This document shows, piece by piece, positions 1 to 10,022 of a stretch of 64,000 nucleotides of DNA. The stretch is taken from NCBI GenBank assembly GCA_049287005.1, contig JBAQEZ010000003.1, positions 31,493 through 95,492 of the forward strand, given 5' to 3'. The position numbers and the translations under genes were made by a program. How positions within the stretch are numbered: position 1 is the first letter of the stretch; the number at the start of each line of letters is the position of its first letter. Below the pieces are notes generated by a model that had not been told where the DNA came from, searched no databases, and saw only the letters and a program-made list of their open reading frames with translations. Source of the stretch: Candidatus Moraniibacteriota bacterium (GTDB lineage Bacteria > Patescibacteriota > Minisyncoccia > Moranbacterales > UBA1568).

Positions 1-525
1 CGCTTCTTTCTCCAAACCAACCGCGTAATAGAGCGTCGTGCCGGCATAATCTTTGAGCGTATTCCCGGGGGTCACGCTGGCATACCCTTCTTTTTTCAAA
101 AAATCTACTGCTAAACCGGCGCTCCCTTTGGCTGCACCTCCATTCAAGACGCTGACAGACGCCTTCTTGACCGCCACGAGAGCATCCTCGTCAGCCTGTC
201 CGGCGGATGGCTTGGTCTGATCGCTCTCTGCGGTTTTTGTGACATCAGCCGCAGCAGCATTCTGCTGTTCATTCGCTTGTTCTGACAATACCGCTATGGA
301 AGGTTCCGCCTTGGCCGCCCGTTCCGTCTTCCACTTGGAATAGGTCCCCCACCCGATAGAGGCAATGCTCACGATAACAAAGAGAAGCATGAAAGCGAAC
401 AACAGCGCCCCCCACAACGATTCATGCGAGCGCGTCCTGGGAATATCTTGTGCATGGGAAACGGCGTCTGTTTCTTCCGGCGGCACTTCCGGCGTAGCGG
501 ACTGTTCTGTTTGCATCTCTGACAT
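1..525 (-). CDS. Partial CDS (C-terminal part; start at 525, runs off the left window edge): membrane-anchored protein with a LytR_C-like C-terminal domain
   Basis: Minus-strand translation from the ATG at 525 gives MSEMQTEQSATPEVPPEE..., one TM helix (LWGALLFAFMLLFVIVSIASIGW), then ...KKASVSVLNGGAAKGSAGLAVDFLKKEGYASVTPGNT..., which resembles the LytR C-terminal domain. It is absent from the ORF track because it is truncated by the window edge. Confidence 0.4.
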   Translation of the reverse strand, partial: MSEMQTEQSATPEVPPEETDAVSHAQDIPRTRSHESLWGALLFAFMLLFVIVSIASIGWGTYSKWKTERAAKAEPSIAVLSEQANEQQNAAAADVTKTAESDQTKPSAGQADEDALVAVKKASVSVLNGGAAKGSAGLAVDFLKKEGYASVTPGNTLKDYAGTTLYYAVGLEKEA

Positions 526-599
526 AAGCATTTTTATTTTACACGATTGTATTATACCACAGGACCAAGAAAAAAGAGGGGGCAGCCCTCTTTCTTCCC

Positions 600-1745
600 T
601 CACTTGATAGCGCTCGCTACCGCTTTGACCACGCCCTTATCAAACGGCGGAGGAATAATACGATCCGCAGTCGGTTTGGGTACCAATGCCGCCAATTTCT
701 TCGCGGCCCGAATCAACATCGTGTCGGTAATATCTTTCACCCCATTATCCAACGCACCCCGGAAAATACCCGGGAAGCCGAGCGAGTTATTGATCTGATT
801 GGCGAAATCCGAGCGACCTGTCGCCACCACTGCCGCCCCTGCCTTCTTCGCTGCATCGGGCATAATTTCCGGTATCGGATTGGCCAGAGCAAAAACGATG
901 GCGCGCGGTGCCATGCTCTTCACGTTCTCCGCGGTCACCGTATTGCCCCGTGAAACTCCGATAAAGGCGTCTGCGCCGACAAGAGCCTCGGTAACTCCCC
1001 CACACAACTTCTGCTTGTTGGTCACCTTGGCTAACCTGCGTTTGAAGTCATTGATATCCTTGCGGGCCTCATTGATGATGCCTCGGCTATCCACAAGCAG
1101 CAGATTACCGACACCGAACTGGAGGAGAAGATTGGCGATCGCGTTTCCGGCAGCACCCGCTCCCGCTATGACAACGGTACTTTTTTTCAGGTTTTTCCCT
1201 ACCGCTTTGAACGCGTTGATCACGCCGGCCAGCACCACCATGGCTGTCCCGTGCTGATCATCATGGAAGACAGGGATATCCAAAAGCGCCTTCAATCTCC
1301 GTTCTATCTCGAAACACTGCGGAGCCGCGATATCCTCGAGATTGATACCTCCGAATACCGGAGCGATGTTTTTGATCGTCGCTATGATCTCTTCCGTATT
1401 TTGAGTAGAGAGCACGATAGGAAACGCGTCGATATCCGCTAGCGCCTTGAACAACATCGCCTTCCCCTCCATGACGGGGAGTGCCCCCTCCGGTCCGATG
1501 TTCCCGAGACCGAGCACGGCCGAGCCATCCGATATGACAGCGACCGTATTGCCTTTCATCGTGTACTCGCGCATCTTGTCTTTGTGTTCTGCCAGGTACG
1601 AAGAAACCGCCCCGACACCCGGCGTATAGTAAACGCTCAGATCGTCTTTGGTGGTCATCTTGGCTTTCGGTTGAATCATGATTTTCCCCCGGAGCTTCTT
1701 ATGCACCGCCATCGCCTTTTTGGCAAAATTATTTTTCAATGCCAT
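600..1745 (-). CDS. NAD(P)-dependent malic enzyme (short, ~380 aa form)
   Basis: [10 protein letters not shown], a Rossmann motif [16 protein letters not shown] and [10 protein letters not shown] are all typical of malic-enzyme / malate dehydrogenase (decarboxylating) proteins. Confidence 0.85.
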   Translation of the reverse strand: MALKNNFAKKAMAVHKKLRGKIMIQPKAKMTTKDDLSVYYTPGVGAVSSYLAEHKDKMREYTMKGNTVAVISDGSAVLGLGNIGPEGALPVMEGKAMLFKALADIDAFPIVLSTQNTEEIIATIKNIAPVFGGINLEDIAAPQCFEIERRLKALLDIPVFHDDQHGTAMVVLAGVINAFKAVGKNLKKSTVVIAGAGAAGNAIANLLLQFGVGNLLLVDSRGIINEARKDINDFKRRLAKVTNKQKLCGGVTEALVGADAFIGVSRGNTVTAENVKSMAPRAIVFALANPIPEIMPDAAKKAGAAVVATGRSDFANQINNSLGFPGIFRGALDNGVKDITDTMLIRAAKKLAALVPKPTADRIIPPPFDKGVVKAVASAIK

Positions 1746-1773
1746 ATCATTTCAATAAAAAAATTATGAAGAA

Positions 1774-2088
1774 TTACTTCTTCTTCGCCGTATCAATTCC
1801 CAATAGCTTGATAACAAAATAGACAATGAGAGCAATAATGAGAAAATCAATAGTCGTGCTCACAAAGTCTCCCCACAGAATTTCCACATTGCGAATCGTA
1901 AATTTTGCGTTTTTCAAATTTGCTGCATTCACCAGCACGAGTCCGATGAGAGGGTTGATGATATCGGTCACCAGTGCCGTGACCATTTTGGCTACCGCGC
2001 CGGCCAGTACGAATCCTACTGCCACCCCCACGACTCCCTGTTTACGGATAAAATCCATAAACCCCGCCATATACGCCTTGATATCCAT
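1774..2088 (-). CDS. mscL: Large-conductance mechanosensitive channel MscL
   Basis: 104 aa. MDIKAYMAGFMDFIRKQGVVGVAVGFVLAGA...IINPLIG matches MscL TM1 and the conserved N-terminus, and there are two TM helices. Confidence 0.9.
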   Translation of the reverse strand: MDIKAYMAGFMDFIRKQGVVGVAVGFVLAGAVAKMVTALVTDIINPLIGLVLVNAANLKNAKFTIRNVEILWGDFVSTTIDFLIIALIVYFVIKLLGIDTAKKK

Positions 2089-2150
2089 AAATATATTGTT
2101 TGCTTCTTCGTGTATATTATCAGTGTAGCATACTCGAAAAAAGGCTCATA

Positions 2151-2873
2151 TCAAGCAACCATCGGCACTTCTATCGCCAAAACAAAAGCACCTTTTTTCG
2201 CTTGCAAGTGGACACGCTCCGTCTCCCAGAGACCGATGGCATCCCTTTTCTCCAGCGCCTGACCTTCTATAGTCACCGCACCGTCAATCACGAAAAAATA
2301 TACGCCCTGTTCTTCCTTTCGCAAGGCATACTCGATGCTGGTATCGGTATCGAAGCGTCCCAGAGACAGGAATGCGTCTTGATGGATAGAGAGGGCGCCG
2401 CTCTGCTCGCTTGCTTCCGGTCCGACGACCAGATAAAAAGCATTTTGGAAAAGAGCCGCGTCAAAAGGTTTCTGTTCATAGCGCGGAACAACGCCCGGCG
2501 CGCGGGTCAGGATCCATATCTGCAACAAACTCACCGCTTCCGTCTGCGAAGCGTTGAACTCCGCATGCTCGACGCCGGTACCCGCGCTCATCACCTGGAC
2601 TTCGCCCGTTTGGATCATAGCCGCATTCCCCATACTGTCTTCATGAGCGAGCGCACCGGAGAGAGGAATGGTGATGATTTCCATATTCTCATGCGGATGC
2701 CTGCCGAACCCCTGGCCCGCCGCAATAGTGTCATCATTGATCACCCGCAGCGCGCCGAAACCCATCCGCTCAGGATTGTAATACGAAGCGAAGCTGAAAG
2801 AATGGCGGGTTTCGAGCCACCCCTGTTTCACGTATCCGCGCGAATGAGCTTTATGCAAAATAGCCTGCATCAC
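2151..2873 (-). CDS. Pirin family protein (bicupin)
   Basis: GFGRHPHENMEIITIPLSGALAHEDSMGN is the pirin N-terminal cupin metal-binding motif (HxH...E). Length is 240 aa. Confidence 0.85.
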   Translation of the reverse strand: MMQAILHKAHSRGYVKQGWLETRHSFSFASYYNPERMGFGALRVINDDTIAAGQGFGRHPHENMEIITIPLSGALAHEDSMGNAAMIQTGEVQVMSAGTGVEHAEFNASQTEAVSLLQIWILTRAPGVVPRYEQKPFDAALFQNAFYLVVGPEASEQSGALSIHQDAFLSLGRFDTDTSIEYALRKEEQGVYFFVIDGAVTIEGQALEKRDAIGLWETERVHLQAKKGAFVLAIEVPMVA

Positions 2874-2879
2874 CGTAGA

Positions 2880-3530
2880 TTACAGCGTGGTAAATACCTG
2901 CTCCTCGGCATAACGCACCTTGACCGCTTGAGCGGCCGGGTCATCTATCTTGCGGAAACCCAATCCCACCATGACGCGCGATACCAAACCACGTTTGTCG
3001 AGACCCAGGATTGCATCGAAGGCTTGCGGATCGAATCCTTCCATCGGCGCCATATCAATCCCTTCCACCGCTGCCGCTGCCGCAAGGACGCCCAGGGCGA
3101 TATAGACTTGCCTGACTGCCCACTCGCGCGCACCAGCCTCTCCCTTCGCCTCTATGCTGCCATTCAACATGCCTCGAAAACCTTCCAAGGTTTCCACAGG
3201 AATGTTTTTCGTCACAGCGATGCTCTGCAGGTACTTGTCCACCAGCGCGGCATCGACATTCTTCTCAGTCGCCAAAACGAGGAAGTGGGAAGCGTCGGTA
3301 ATCTGCGGCTGATCATAGCCTGCGGCACGCAATTGCTTGCGCAGCTCCGTATCTTCCACGATGACGAAGTGCCACGGCTGGAGACCGAACGATGAAGGAG
3401 CGAGCCGGAGCGCCTCTTTCAAAGTATGTAACTGCTCCGCTGAGAGCTTCTTTTCCGGATCAAACTGCTTGGTGGCATAGCGCCACTGCAATGCTTCGAT
3501 AATATTTGACATAATATTCATATCAATCAC
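2880..3530 (-). CDS. NAD(P)H nitroreductase (NfsB-like)
   Basis: The N-terminus RYATKQFDPEKKLSAEQLHTLKEALRLAPSSFGLQPWHFVIV is the nitroreductase FMN-binding signature. Confidence 0.8.
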   Translation of the reverse strand: MIDMNIMSNIIEALQWRYATKQFDPEKKLSAEQLHTLKEALRLAPSSFGLQPWHFVIVEDTELRKQLRAAGYDQPQITDASHFLVLATEKNVDAALVDKYLQSIAVTKNIPVETLEGFRGMLNGSIEAKGEAGAREWAVRQVYIALGVLAAAAAVEGIDMAPMEGFDPQAFDAILGLDKRGLVSRVMVGLGFRKIDDPAAQAVKVRYAEEQVFTTL

Positions 3531-3602
3531 AAATTATACTTGCATCCTAACAGATAACATACTATTATACAAGTACATACATATTAGTAAGTATAACTCT
3601 CT

Positions 3603-3917
3603 ATGAAACAAGGCTCTCTCCAAACATCGTGCCCACTCGAGAAGACGCTTCGGATGATTGTCGGAAAATGGAAAACCATTCTCCTGTGGCATCTTTCCTC
3701 CGGGAAGAAGCGCTACGGGGAACTGAAGAAGCTCATTCCGGCGGTGAGCGAAAAGATGCTCATCCAATCGCTCCGCGCGCTCGAACAAGACGAGCTTGTG
3801 ATTCGTCGCGTCTATCCCGAGATTCCGCCGCGCGTCGAATACAGTCTGAGCAAGCGAGGCAAGAGCCTCTCCTCACTCATCTGCGCCCTCAATACTTGGG
3901 GCAAGAAACATCTGTAA
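3603..3917 (+). CDS. HxlR-family winged-helix transcriptional regulator
   Basis: CPLEKTLRMIVGKWKTILLWHLSSGKKRYGELKK...PRVEYSLSKRG matches HxlR/DUF24. It is divergent from the nitroreductase, which is a common pairing. Confidence 0.8.
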   Translation: MKQGSLQTSCPLEKTLRMIVGKWKTILLWHLSSGKKRYGELKKLIPAVSEKMLIQSLRALEQDELVIRRVYPEIPPRVEYSLSKRGKSLSSLICALNTWGKKHL

Positions 3918-3940
3918 AAACTCCCGCTCCGCATCAGAAG

Positions 3941-4948
3941 CTAGGGCAACACCTCCTGACTTTCTTGGATATCGATCAGAAAAAGATTGCGGAGCTCCGA
4001 CGCGAAAGTGTGGTTCGTGCTGATCACGTTCACTTCATAGTTGATCCAAAAGCTGAGCCAGTCAAAATTGCAGCTGCCCACGGAAGCCCAGTGATCGTCT
4101 ATGACAATGGATTTGGCATGCAGCACCTTCGCGGTATACAAAAAGACACGGACGCCATGGCGGCGCAATGTTTTAAAATACCTTTTCGCCAGCAGATCCG
4201 CCAGCAGAATATCCGACTTCTCGGGGAGCAGGATACGGACATCCACGCCTTTCGTATGCGCGTAGTAAAGCGCCCGACGAAATTCCGCGTTGGGGGAAAA
4301 ATAGGCGCTGGTGATATAGATATATTTTTTGGCCGCGGTGATATGACGAAGGAAAGAACGATAGAGATCCTTATCATGGAGATAGAAAGAGTTGCCGGCA
4401 ATGGAAAACTCCGCCCCTTCCTTCTTGGAGAGCACTCGTCCGACAGGATCCATTTTACGAGACCGCTGCCATACGGTATCGAAAGACCGAGCCAGTTCGC
4501 TCACTACCTTGCCGCGCAAACAGACTGAGGTATCCCTCCACGAACGCGCTTGCCCCGCGATAATCACACCGCCGATATGTGCTTCGTTCCTATCCACCAC
4601 AAGCAGTTTGCGGTGGTCTCGGAGCACCAAAGGGAACAATCTCTTCAGAGAAGGGATGAGGATCCCCCGGTGGAAAGCCACTTGCACTCCCCCTGCCTCA
4701 AGCTCTTGCCGCAGCGCTCCACGGTAAAAACCGAAGCTTCCCACCGCGTCAAACAGCAGGCGGACGACCACCCCCGCTTTGGCTTTGGCTAAAAATAAAT
4801 CAGCGAAGGTCCGTTCGATCGTAGTGCCCCCGCCAAAAATATACTGTTCCAAGTCGATGGTCTCTTTCGCTTCACGACACGACGCCAGCATCGCCTCCCA
4901 GGCCATTTCAGAAGTAGTGGAAAATTTCCAAGAATAGGCTTCGTTCAT
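3941..4948 (-). CDS. Phospholipase D-family protein with two HKD motifs (cardiolipin synthase-like; no N-terminal TM helices)
   Basis: HKD motif 1 is HRKLLVVD and HKD motif 2 is HAKSIVIDDHWASVGSCNFD. Confidence 0.75.
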   Translation of the reverse strand: MNEAYSWKFSTTSEMAWEAMLASCREAKETIDLEQYIFGGGTTIERTFADLFLAKAKAGVVVRLLFDAVGSFGFYRGALRQELEAGGVQVAFHRGILIPSLKRLFPLVLRDHRKLLVVDRNEAHIGGVIIAGQARSWRDTSVCLRGKVVSELARSFDTVWQRSRKMDPVGRVLSKKEGAEFSIAGNSFYLHDKDLYRSFLRHITAAKKYIYITSAYFSPNAEFRRALYYAHTKGVDVRILLPEKSDILLADLLAKRYFKTLRRHGVRVFLYTAKVLHAKSIVIDDHWASVGSCNFDWLSFWINYEVNVISTNHTFASELRNLFLIDIQESQEVLP

Positions 4949-4951
4949 AAT

Positions 4952-5395
4952 TTACTCCCCGATGATTTGCAAAGCTATTTTTCTCGGACGTGAACAATCG
5001 AGTTCTATGGCAAATACCCTCTGCCACGTACCCAGCTGCAAACTATTTTTCATCACGTTGAGCATCGTTGAAGTCGGCAGATGGAGAGCCTTGCTATGAG
5101 CATGTCCGTTAGCCTTCTCGAAAGGCGTCATATTGACCGTGCGTATCTTGAAATTGTCATGCATATATTTGTACGTTCTCGGCGCCAGTTTTTCCAATAA
5201 AACTTTCATATCCTTGATGAGGAGCGGTTCGGCCTCATTCACGATCACGGCCATCGTGGTATGGAGGCTCTGGATATTGATAATGCCGTTTTTTATTTTG
5301 GATGCTTTTATTTTTTTCTGGATTTTTTCGGTAATATCGATGAAGTCCAGCGTCGTAGCGGTCGTCAACCGTATGACATGATTTACGATTCTCAT
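4952..5395 (-). CDS. YjbQ/UPF0047 family protein (secondary thiamine-phosphate synthase-like)
   Basis: 147 aa. TTATTLDFIDITEKI...GIINIQSLHTTMAVIVNE...GHAHSKA...QRVFAIELD matches the YjbQ family. Confidence 0.8.
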   Translation of the reverse strand: MRIVNHVIRLTTATTLDFIDITEKIQKKIKASKIKNGIINIQSLHTTMAVIVNEAEPLLIKDMKVLLEKLAPRTYKYMHDNFKIRTVNMTPFEKANGHAHSKALHLPTSTMLNVMKNSLQLGTWQRVFAIELDCSRPRKIALQIIGE

Positions 5396-5627
5396 ATTGT
5401 TATGCTTTGTGAATTAAGCTACAAACGTTCTATATCTGCAGTAATGAATATTTTTCATTATACTCCATGATGCGACAGGTGTCCTTCCGTTTGCATATCT
5501 TCAGATACCTGGTATCATAAAACACTGCTTTTTCAGGCAGTTTGCAACTTAAAAAATACCTCGAAATAACCTTAAATTAAGGAAAAGGGGTAATCGAAGT
5601 CCCATTCCAACAAAAGGAGTCAGAAAG

Positions 5628-7235
5628 ATGAACAGAAAAAACGCGCTTCTATCGGTATACGACAAAACCGGCATCGTGGAATTTGCCCAGTCGCTCGTCC
5701 TACTCGGCTGGACGCTGTATTCCTCAGGAGGAACAGCCAAGACTATCGCTGCTGCAGGAATCCCTGTTTCCGACGTTGCCAGTCTCGTCGGCGGAGAGGC
5801 TATCCTCGGACATCGGGTTGTGACACTCTCGCGCGAAGTCCACGCAGGACTCCTCGCCAGAAATATCGACATTGATATCACTGAACTCGAAAAGCTCGGC
5901 GTCCCTTGGCTCGACCTGGTCTGCGTCGACATGTATCCGCTCAAGGAAGAAATCAACAATCCTGAAAGCACGCCGGAATCCGTCATCGAAAAAACCGATA
6001 TCGGCGGCCCCACGATGCTACGCTCTGCCACCAAAGGCAGGCGCATCGTCATGTGCGACCCAGACGACAGAATAGGAATCATTCGGTGGCTCAAGGACGG
6101 TGAACCGGCTCGGGAATATTTTATCACCAAGCTCGCCGCCAAAGCTGAAGCCACTGTCGCTGACTATTGCCTCGCGTCCGCTATATACCATGGCAAGGGC
6201 AAGTATGCTGGCATGATCGGCAAGCGTTCGATTGTCTGCAAATACGGAGAAAACGGTTATCAGACACCAGCCGCTCTCTATTCGTGCGAAACCAACGATC
6301 CTCTCGCGTTGGATAAGTTCCAACTGGTTGCCGGAGATGCGCCCAGCTACAACAACCTCTGCGACCTTGACCGTCTCTTGCAAACCATGACACATATTGC
6401 AGCGACGTTTCATGTGAACTTCTCAGATATGCCTTCGATTGCGATTGGTGCCAAACACGGCAATGTCTGCGGTGCAGCAGTGGAAATAGACGAGGTCACA
6501 GTTGTCCAGATGATGCTCGCAGGCGATCCGCTGGCAATTTTCGGCGGTCTCGTCATGCTGAACTTCGACGTTACCGAAGATATTGCTGAAACACTTCTTT
6601 CCTACGGCATGATCAAAGGACAAAGACGGCTTCTCGACGGCATCATCGCACCTTCATTCGACGAAGGAACGGTGGAACTCCTCAAACGCAAAGGTGACAA
6701 ATGCCGGTTCATCGCCAATCCGGCACTGGCCAACCTGAATCGCAGCAGCCTCGACCGCGCACCGAGGTCTCGCTATGTACGGGGCGGATTCCTTCTTCAG
6801 CCGAACTACACGTTCATCCTGAATTTACATGATCCAGATCTCGTGCAGTACGGCAAGGCGGACAGAGGACAAGAACAAGACATGCTTTTGGCCAAAGCTA
6901 TCTGCGACACATCGAATAGCAACACCATCACGGTCGTTTCTAATGGAAAGCTCATCGGCAACGGTGTCGGTCAACAAGCCAGAGTCTACGGATCGCGCCT
7001 GGCACTGACAAGAGCAGAAACAAGTAATCACTCCGCTGCGGAATCCTCGGCCGCTAGCGATTCATTCTTTCCATTCACGGATGGTGTCGAAACGCTTGCT
7101 CTAGGCGGCATCAAAGCTATCATCTCAACCAGCGGTTCAGTAAATGATGGAAAGGTTATCGCCTACTGCGAAGAAAACGGTATTGCTCTCTATCTGATTC
7201 CCGACAAGAAAGGGCGGGGCTTTTTCGGTCACTAG
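5628..7235 (+). CDS. purH: Bifunctional AICAR transformylase / IMP cyclohydrolase PurH
   Basis: ALLSVYDKTGIVEFAQSL, DIGGPTMLRSATKG, YGENGYQ, HGNVCGAAVE and the C-terminal SDSFFPFTDGVE...ISTSGSVNDGKVIAYCEENGIAL all match PurH. Confidence 0.85.
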   Translation: MNRKNALLSVYDKTGIVEFAQSLVLLGWTLYSSGGTAKTIAAAGIPVSDVASLVGGEAILGHRVVTLSREVHAGLLARNIDIDITELEKLGVPWLDLVCVDMYPLKEEINNPESTPESVIEKTDIGGPTMLRSATKGRRIVMCDPDDRIGIIRWLKDGEPAREYFITKLAAKAEATVADYCLASAIYHGKGKYAGMIGKRSIVCKYGENGYQTPAALYSCETNDPLALDKFQLVAGDAPSYNNLCDLDRLLQTMTHIAATFHVNFSDMPSIAIGAKHGNVCGAAVEIDEVTVVQMMLAGDPLAIFGGLVMLNFDVTEDIAETLLSYGMIKGQRRLLDGIIAPSFDEGTVELLKRKGDKCRFIANPALANLNRSSLDRAPRSRYVRGGFLLQPNYTFILNLHDPDLVQYGKADRGQEQDMLLAKAICDTSNSNTITVVSNGKLIGNGVGQQARVYGSRLALTRAETSNHSAAESSAASDSFFPFTDGVETLALGGIKAIISTSGSVNDGKVIAYCEENGIALYLIPDKKGRGFFGH

Positions 7236-7378
7236 AAAAAAGCGGTATTTTCTCACCTCCCGGTTCCACGATGATTCATCCGTGGAACCTTTTTTTATTT
7301 CTCTAAAAAAGCGCCCAAGAATGGACACACACCTCTTTTTGTAGTAGTTTGTCTGTTGTGGGTTGCCACATGAAATCT

Positions 7379-7465
7379 GGAGAGATGGCCGAGCGGTTGA
7401 AGGTACTTGCTTGGAAAGCAAGCGTGCGGGAAACCGTACCGAGGGTTCGAATCCCTCTCTCTCCG
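7379..7465 (+). tRNA. tRNA-Ser (anticodon GGA), long variable arm
   Basis: Cloverleaf read directly from the sequence: acceptor GGAGAGA/TCTCTCC, anticodon stem CTTGC/GCAAG with loop TTGGAAA, a long extra arm, T-loop GGTTCGAATCC and discriminator G. Confidence 0.85.
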
Positions 7466-7518
7466 CATCAAGTATTTAGTATCGAGTGACTCGTTTAGAG
7501 GAGTTACGAGGTAACCTT

Positions 7519-8076
7519 ATGAAAAACAAAGATATAAAAGATCCTGTGAAAAAACCTGTCATCTTTACCATTGGCCACTCCACCCACCCTATCGACGAGT
7601 TTATGGAGCTGCTGAAAGCACACGCGATACAAGAGGTCGCCGATGTCAGAACAATACCTAAGTCGCGCCACAACCCACAGTTTAACGAAGATGATTTAAA
7701 AAAATCTCTACGAACGGCGCACGTACGATACAAACACATAAAAAGACTCGGAGGGCTACGCCATACAACAAAAGATTCGATAAATCTTGGCTGGCACAAC
7801 ACTTCGTTCAGAGGATATGCTGACTATATGGCGACTCCGGAGTTTGAAGAAGGGCTTGAGACACTGCTGAAAATCGCAAGCACAAAAAATACGATAATTA
7901 TGTGCGCCGAGGCAGTGCCATGGCGATGCCACCGCTCGCTCATTGCCGACGCGCTCACCAAAAAAGGTTGGTTGGTACGCGACATTATGAGCCACACCTC
8001 CGCCGTAAAACACCGCTTAACACCATTTTTGAAAGTAAGAAAAGGACAACTCATATATCCCGCACCTAAAACATGA
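7519..8076 (+). CDS. DUF488 family protein
   Basis: PVIFTIGHSTHPIDEF...CAEAVPWRCHRSLIAD is the DUF488 signature. The ATG at 7519 has GAGG 9 nt upstream; an alternative GTG at 7486 exists. Confidence 0.7.
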   Translation: MKNKDIKDPVKKPVIFTIGHSTHPIDEFMELLKAHAIQEVADVRTIPKSRHNPQFNEDDLKKSLRTAHVRYKHIKRLGGLRHTTKDSINLGWHNTSFRGYADYMATPEFEEGLETLLKIASTKNTIIMCAEAVPWRCHRSLIADALTKKGWLVRDIMSHTSAVKHRLTPFLKVRKGQLIYPAPKT

Positions 8077-8387
8077 TCCGCCTGTCCTATGTCTCGTTTG
8101 TCTCAAAAGGGTGACCCGACCTCCTCAATTCTCTCGCCGGACAAGACCTCCAAGAAATCCCAGAGCGGCTTGATTTCTCAAAGTTCTAGACCGATGACGC
8201 CCGCAGTGAACAAAGTGAACGAAGGAGAGAAGGAAGCCAACTGCTTGGCTTCCGAGAGGGATGAGAAAGACGGAGCGATGTTTCGCGAGCACGCGAAACC
8301 GCGAGTCGGGGTCGCGGAAATCCGGTCGCGACGGCGAGCGGATTATCTGTGACCGAATCTTCTTTAAATCTCTCCGCAGAAAGAAAA

Positions 8388-8412
8388 GAACCGCACAAGG
8401 CGGTTCTTTTTT
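8388..8412. terminator. Bidirectional intrinsic terminator (GC hairpin GAACCGC-ACAA-GGCGGTTC flanked by A-run and T-run) between the convergent DUF488 gene and pyk
   Basis: Perfect 8-bp stem with a 4-nt loop, followed by TTTTTT on the plus strand and preceded by AAAAGAA, which is a T-run on the minus strand. Confidence 0.55.
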
Positions 8413-8437
8413 GAATCTTTTTAATTTACATCAATAT

Positions 8438-9880
8438 TCAGCGGATTTCCCGGATTCCGACAAGTTTGAGCGTGTCCTGATCAGGCGTGCGGCCGTGGAA
8501 CACCACGACTCGATCGCCGATTGAGAGCTTGCCATCGTTCTTGGTTTTTTGCATCAACCGTTCGGTGAACGTCTCTAGCTTTTGATCATCTTCGAAAAGA
8601 TAGGGATCCACTCCCCACACCAAAGAAAGCGCGTTCCATGTATCGCGACTGTTCGTCGCGACAAACAGCTTACCCTCCGGTCGGAAATGAGAAAGGATAC
8701 GCGCCGTATAGCCGCTCATCGAAAGAAGCAGAATCGCCTCCACGCGAAAGCTCTTGGCCAGCTCATAGACACTGCGCATCATCGTGGCGTACTCGCTCTG
8801 AAAATTGAGGCCGAGTGTCTGATACAAATCATCGAACGGCGATTCCTCTGTTTTTCCGATGATTTCCGCCATCATTGCAACCGTCTCCACCGGATACTTG
8901 CCCATGGCCGATTCTTCGGAGAGCATCACGGCATCCGCATGGTCAATCACAGCATTGGACACGTCGCTCACCTCAGCCCGTGTCGGGCGAGGATTCTCTG
9001 TCATACTTTTCATCATCTGGGTCGCGACGATTACCGGCTTGGCAGCACGCAAGCTTTCCGCGATGATCTGCTTCTGGAGAATGGCCACTTCGCTTTCCGG
9101 CATTTCGATGCCCAGGTCTCCGCGCGCGACCATGATAGCATCACTGGCCTTCACGATGGCTACGAGATTTTTGATCGCTTCTTTGCGCTCTATCTTGGCA
9201 ACGAGTTTCGGCGCCAGTGCACCCTCGGGGAGCATCTCTCGCATCGTCAGTCGCACCTGCTCGATATCTGCGGTGGAACCCACAAAGGAAAGTCCGACGA
9301 AATCCACTCCCTCCTCCAAGACAAAGCGCAGATCTTTCAAATCCTTTTCGGAAAGGATGGAAAGGGTCAGGTGTGAATCAGGAAGGATGACCCCCTTGCG
9401 ATTCTTGATTACGCCATCATTTTTCCCCTCCGCGATAACGCAGTTTTCTCCAACTTCCGTCACGGTCAATTCCACCAGTCCATCTTCGATGAGAATAACG
9501 TGCCCCACCCGCACGCCGGAAATAACGCCCGCCATATCGAGCAACATCGTTTTGTCTTTGGATTTCGGAAGATTCTCTTTCTGCGCGATATCGCTCACGC
9601 GGACCCGACTGCCTTTTTGCACTTCTATAGAATCCACTACCGCTGTCCGGATGCGTGGTCCTTGCATGTCAGCGAGGATGCCGATCGGAATATCGAGTTC
9701 ACGAGATACCTCTCTGACACGATTGATAAGCATCCGATGCCACGCGTGCTCGCCGTGCGAAAAATTGAGTCGCACCACGTTCATCCCCGCCTCTACCATC
9801 TTGCGCAGGATGTCTTTCGATTCCGAAGCCGGCCCGATCGTCGCGACAATTTTTGTTTGTTTCATATTTTTGAGCTCCAT
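8438..9880 (-). CDS. pyk: Pyruvate kinase
   Basis: TKIVATIGPAS...MNVVRLNFSHG...GILADMQGPRIRT plus the full-length PK barrel and C-terminal domain; 480 aa. Confidence 0.95.
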   Translation of the reverse strand: MELKNMKQTKIVATIGPASESKDILRKMVEAGMNVVRLNFSHGEHAWHRMLINRVREVSRELDIPIGILADMQGPRIRTAVVDSIEVQKGSRVRVSDIAQKENLPKSKDKTMLLDMAGVISGVRVGHVILIEDGLVELTVTEVGENCVIAEGKNDGVIKNRKGVILPDSHLTLSILSEKDLKDLRFVLEEGVDFVGLSFVGSTADIEQVRLTMREMLPEGALAPKLVAKIERKEAIKNLVAIVKASDAIMVARGDLGIEMPESEVAILQKQIIAESLRAAKPVIVATQMMKSMTENPRPTRAEVSDVSNAVIDHADAVMLSEESAMGKYPVETVAMMAEIIGKTEESPFDDLYQTLGLNFQSEYATMMRSVYELAKSFRVEAILLLSMSGYTARILSHFRPEGKLFVATNSRDTWNALSLVWGVDPYLFEDDQKLETFTERLMQKTKNDGKLSIGDRVVVFHGRTPDQDTLKLVGIREIR

Positions 9881-10022
9881 GAGTTTTTAGTTTTCAGCTT
9901 CACTCGCTTTCTCATTATACCGTAAAACAAAAATTTTAAGAAAAAGAAAAACGGCCGGTCTCGCAGAAGTAAGATTCTCTTCTTTGAAACCGACCGCTCG
10001 GTCGGGAAACTGTCGCTCCGCT

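Noticed and set aside
2100-3395. 431-aa plus-strand ORF
   Set aside because: It lies entirely antisense to the well-supported pirin and nitroreductase genes. Its composition is Arg/His/Leu-rich and typical of antisense frames of GC-moderate coding DNA, with no family motif.
3629-4528. 299-aa plus-strand ORF
   Set aside because: Antisense to the PLD-family gene, which has both HKD motifs and is clearly the real gene.
8089-8352. 87-aa ORF in the DUF488-pyk spacer
   Set aside because: Low-complexity Ser/Lys/Arg-rich translation with no RBS; the region is better explained as a 3' UTR/terminator zone with a bidirectional terminator at 8388-8412.
8859-9890. 343-aa plus-strand ORF (and 8582-9376)
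   Set aside because: Antisense to pyruvate kinase; the Ser/Thr/Arg-rich translation has no motif and is a shadow ORF.
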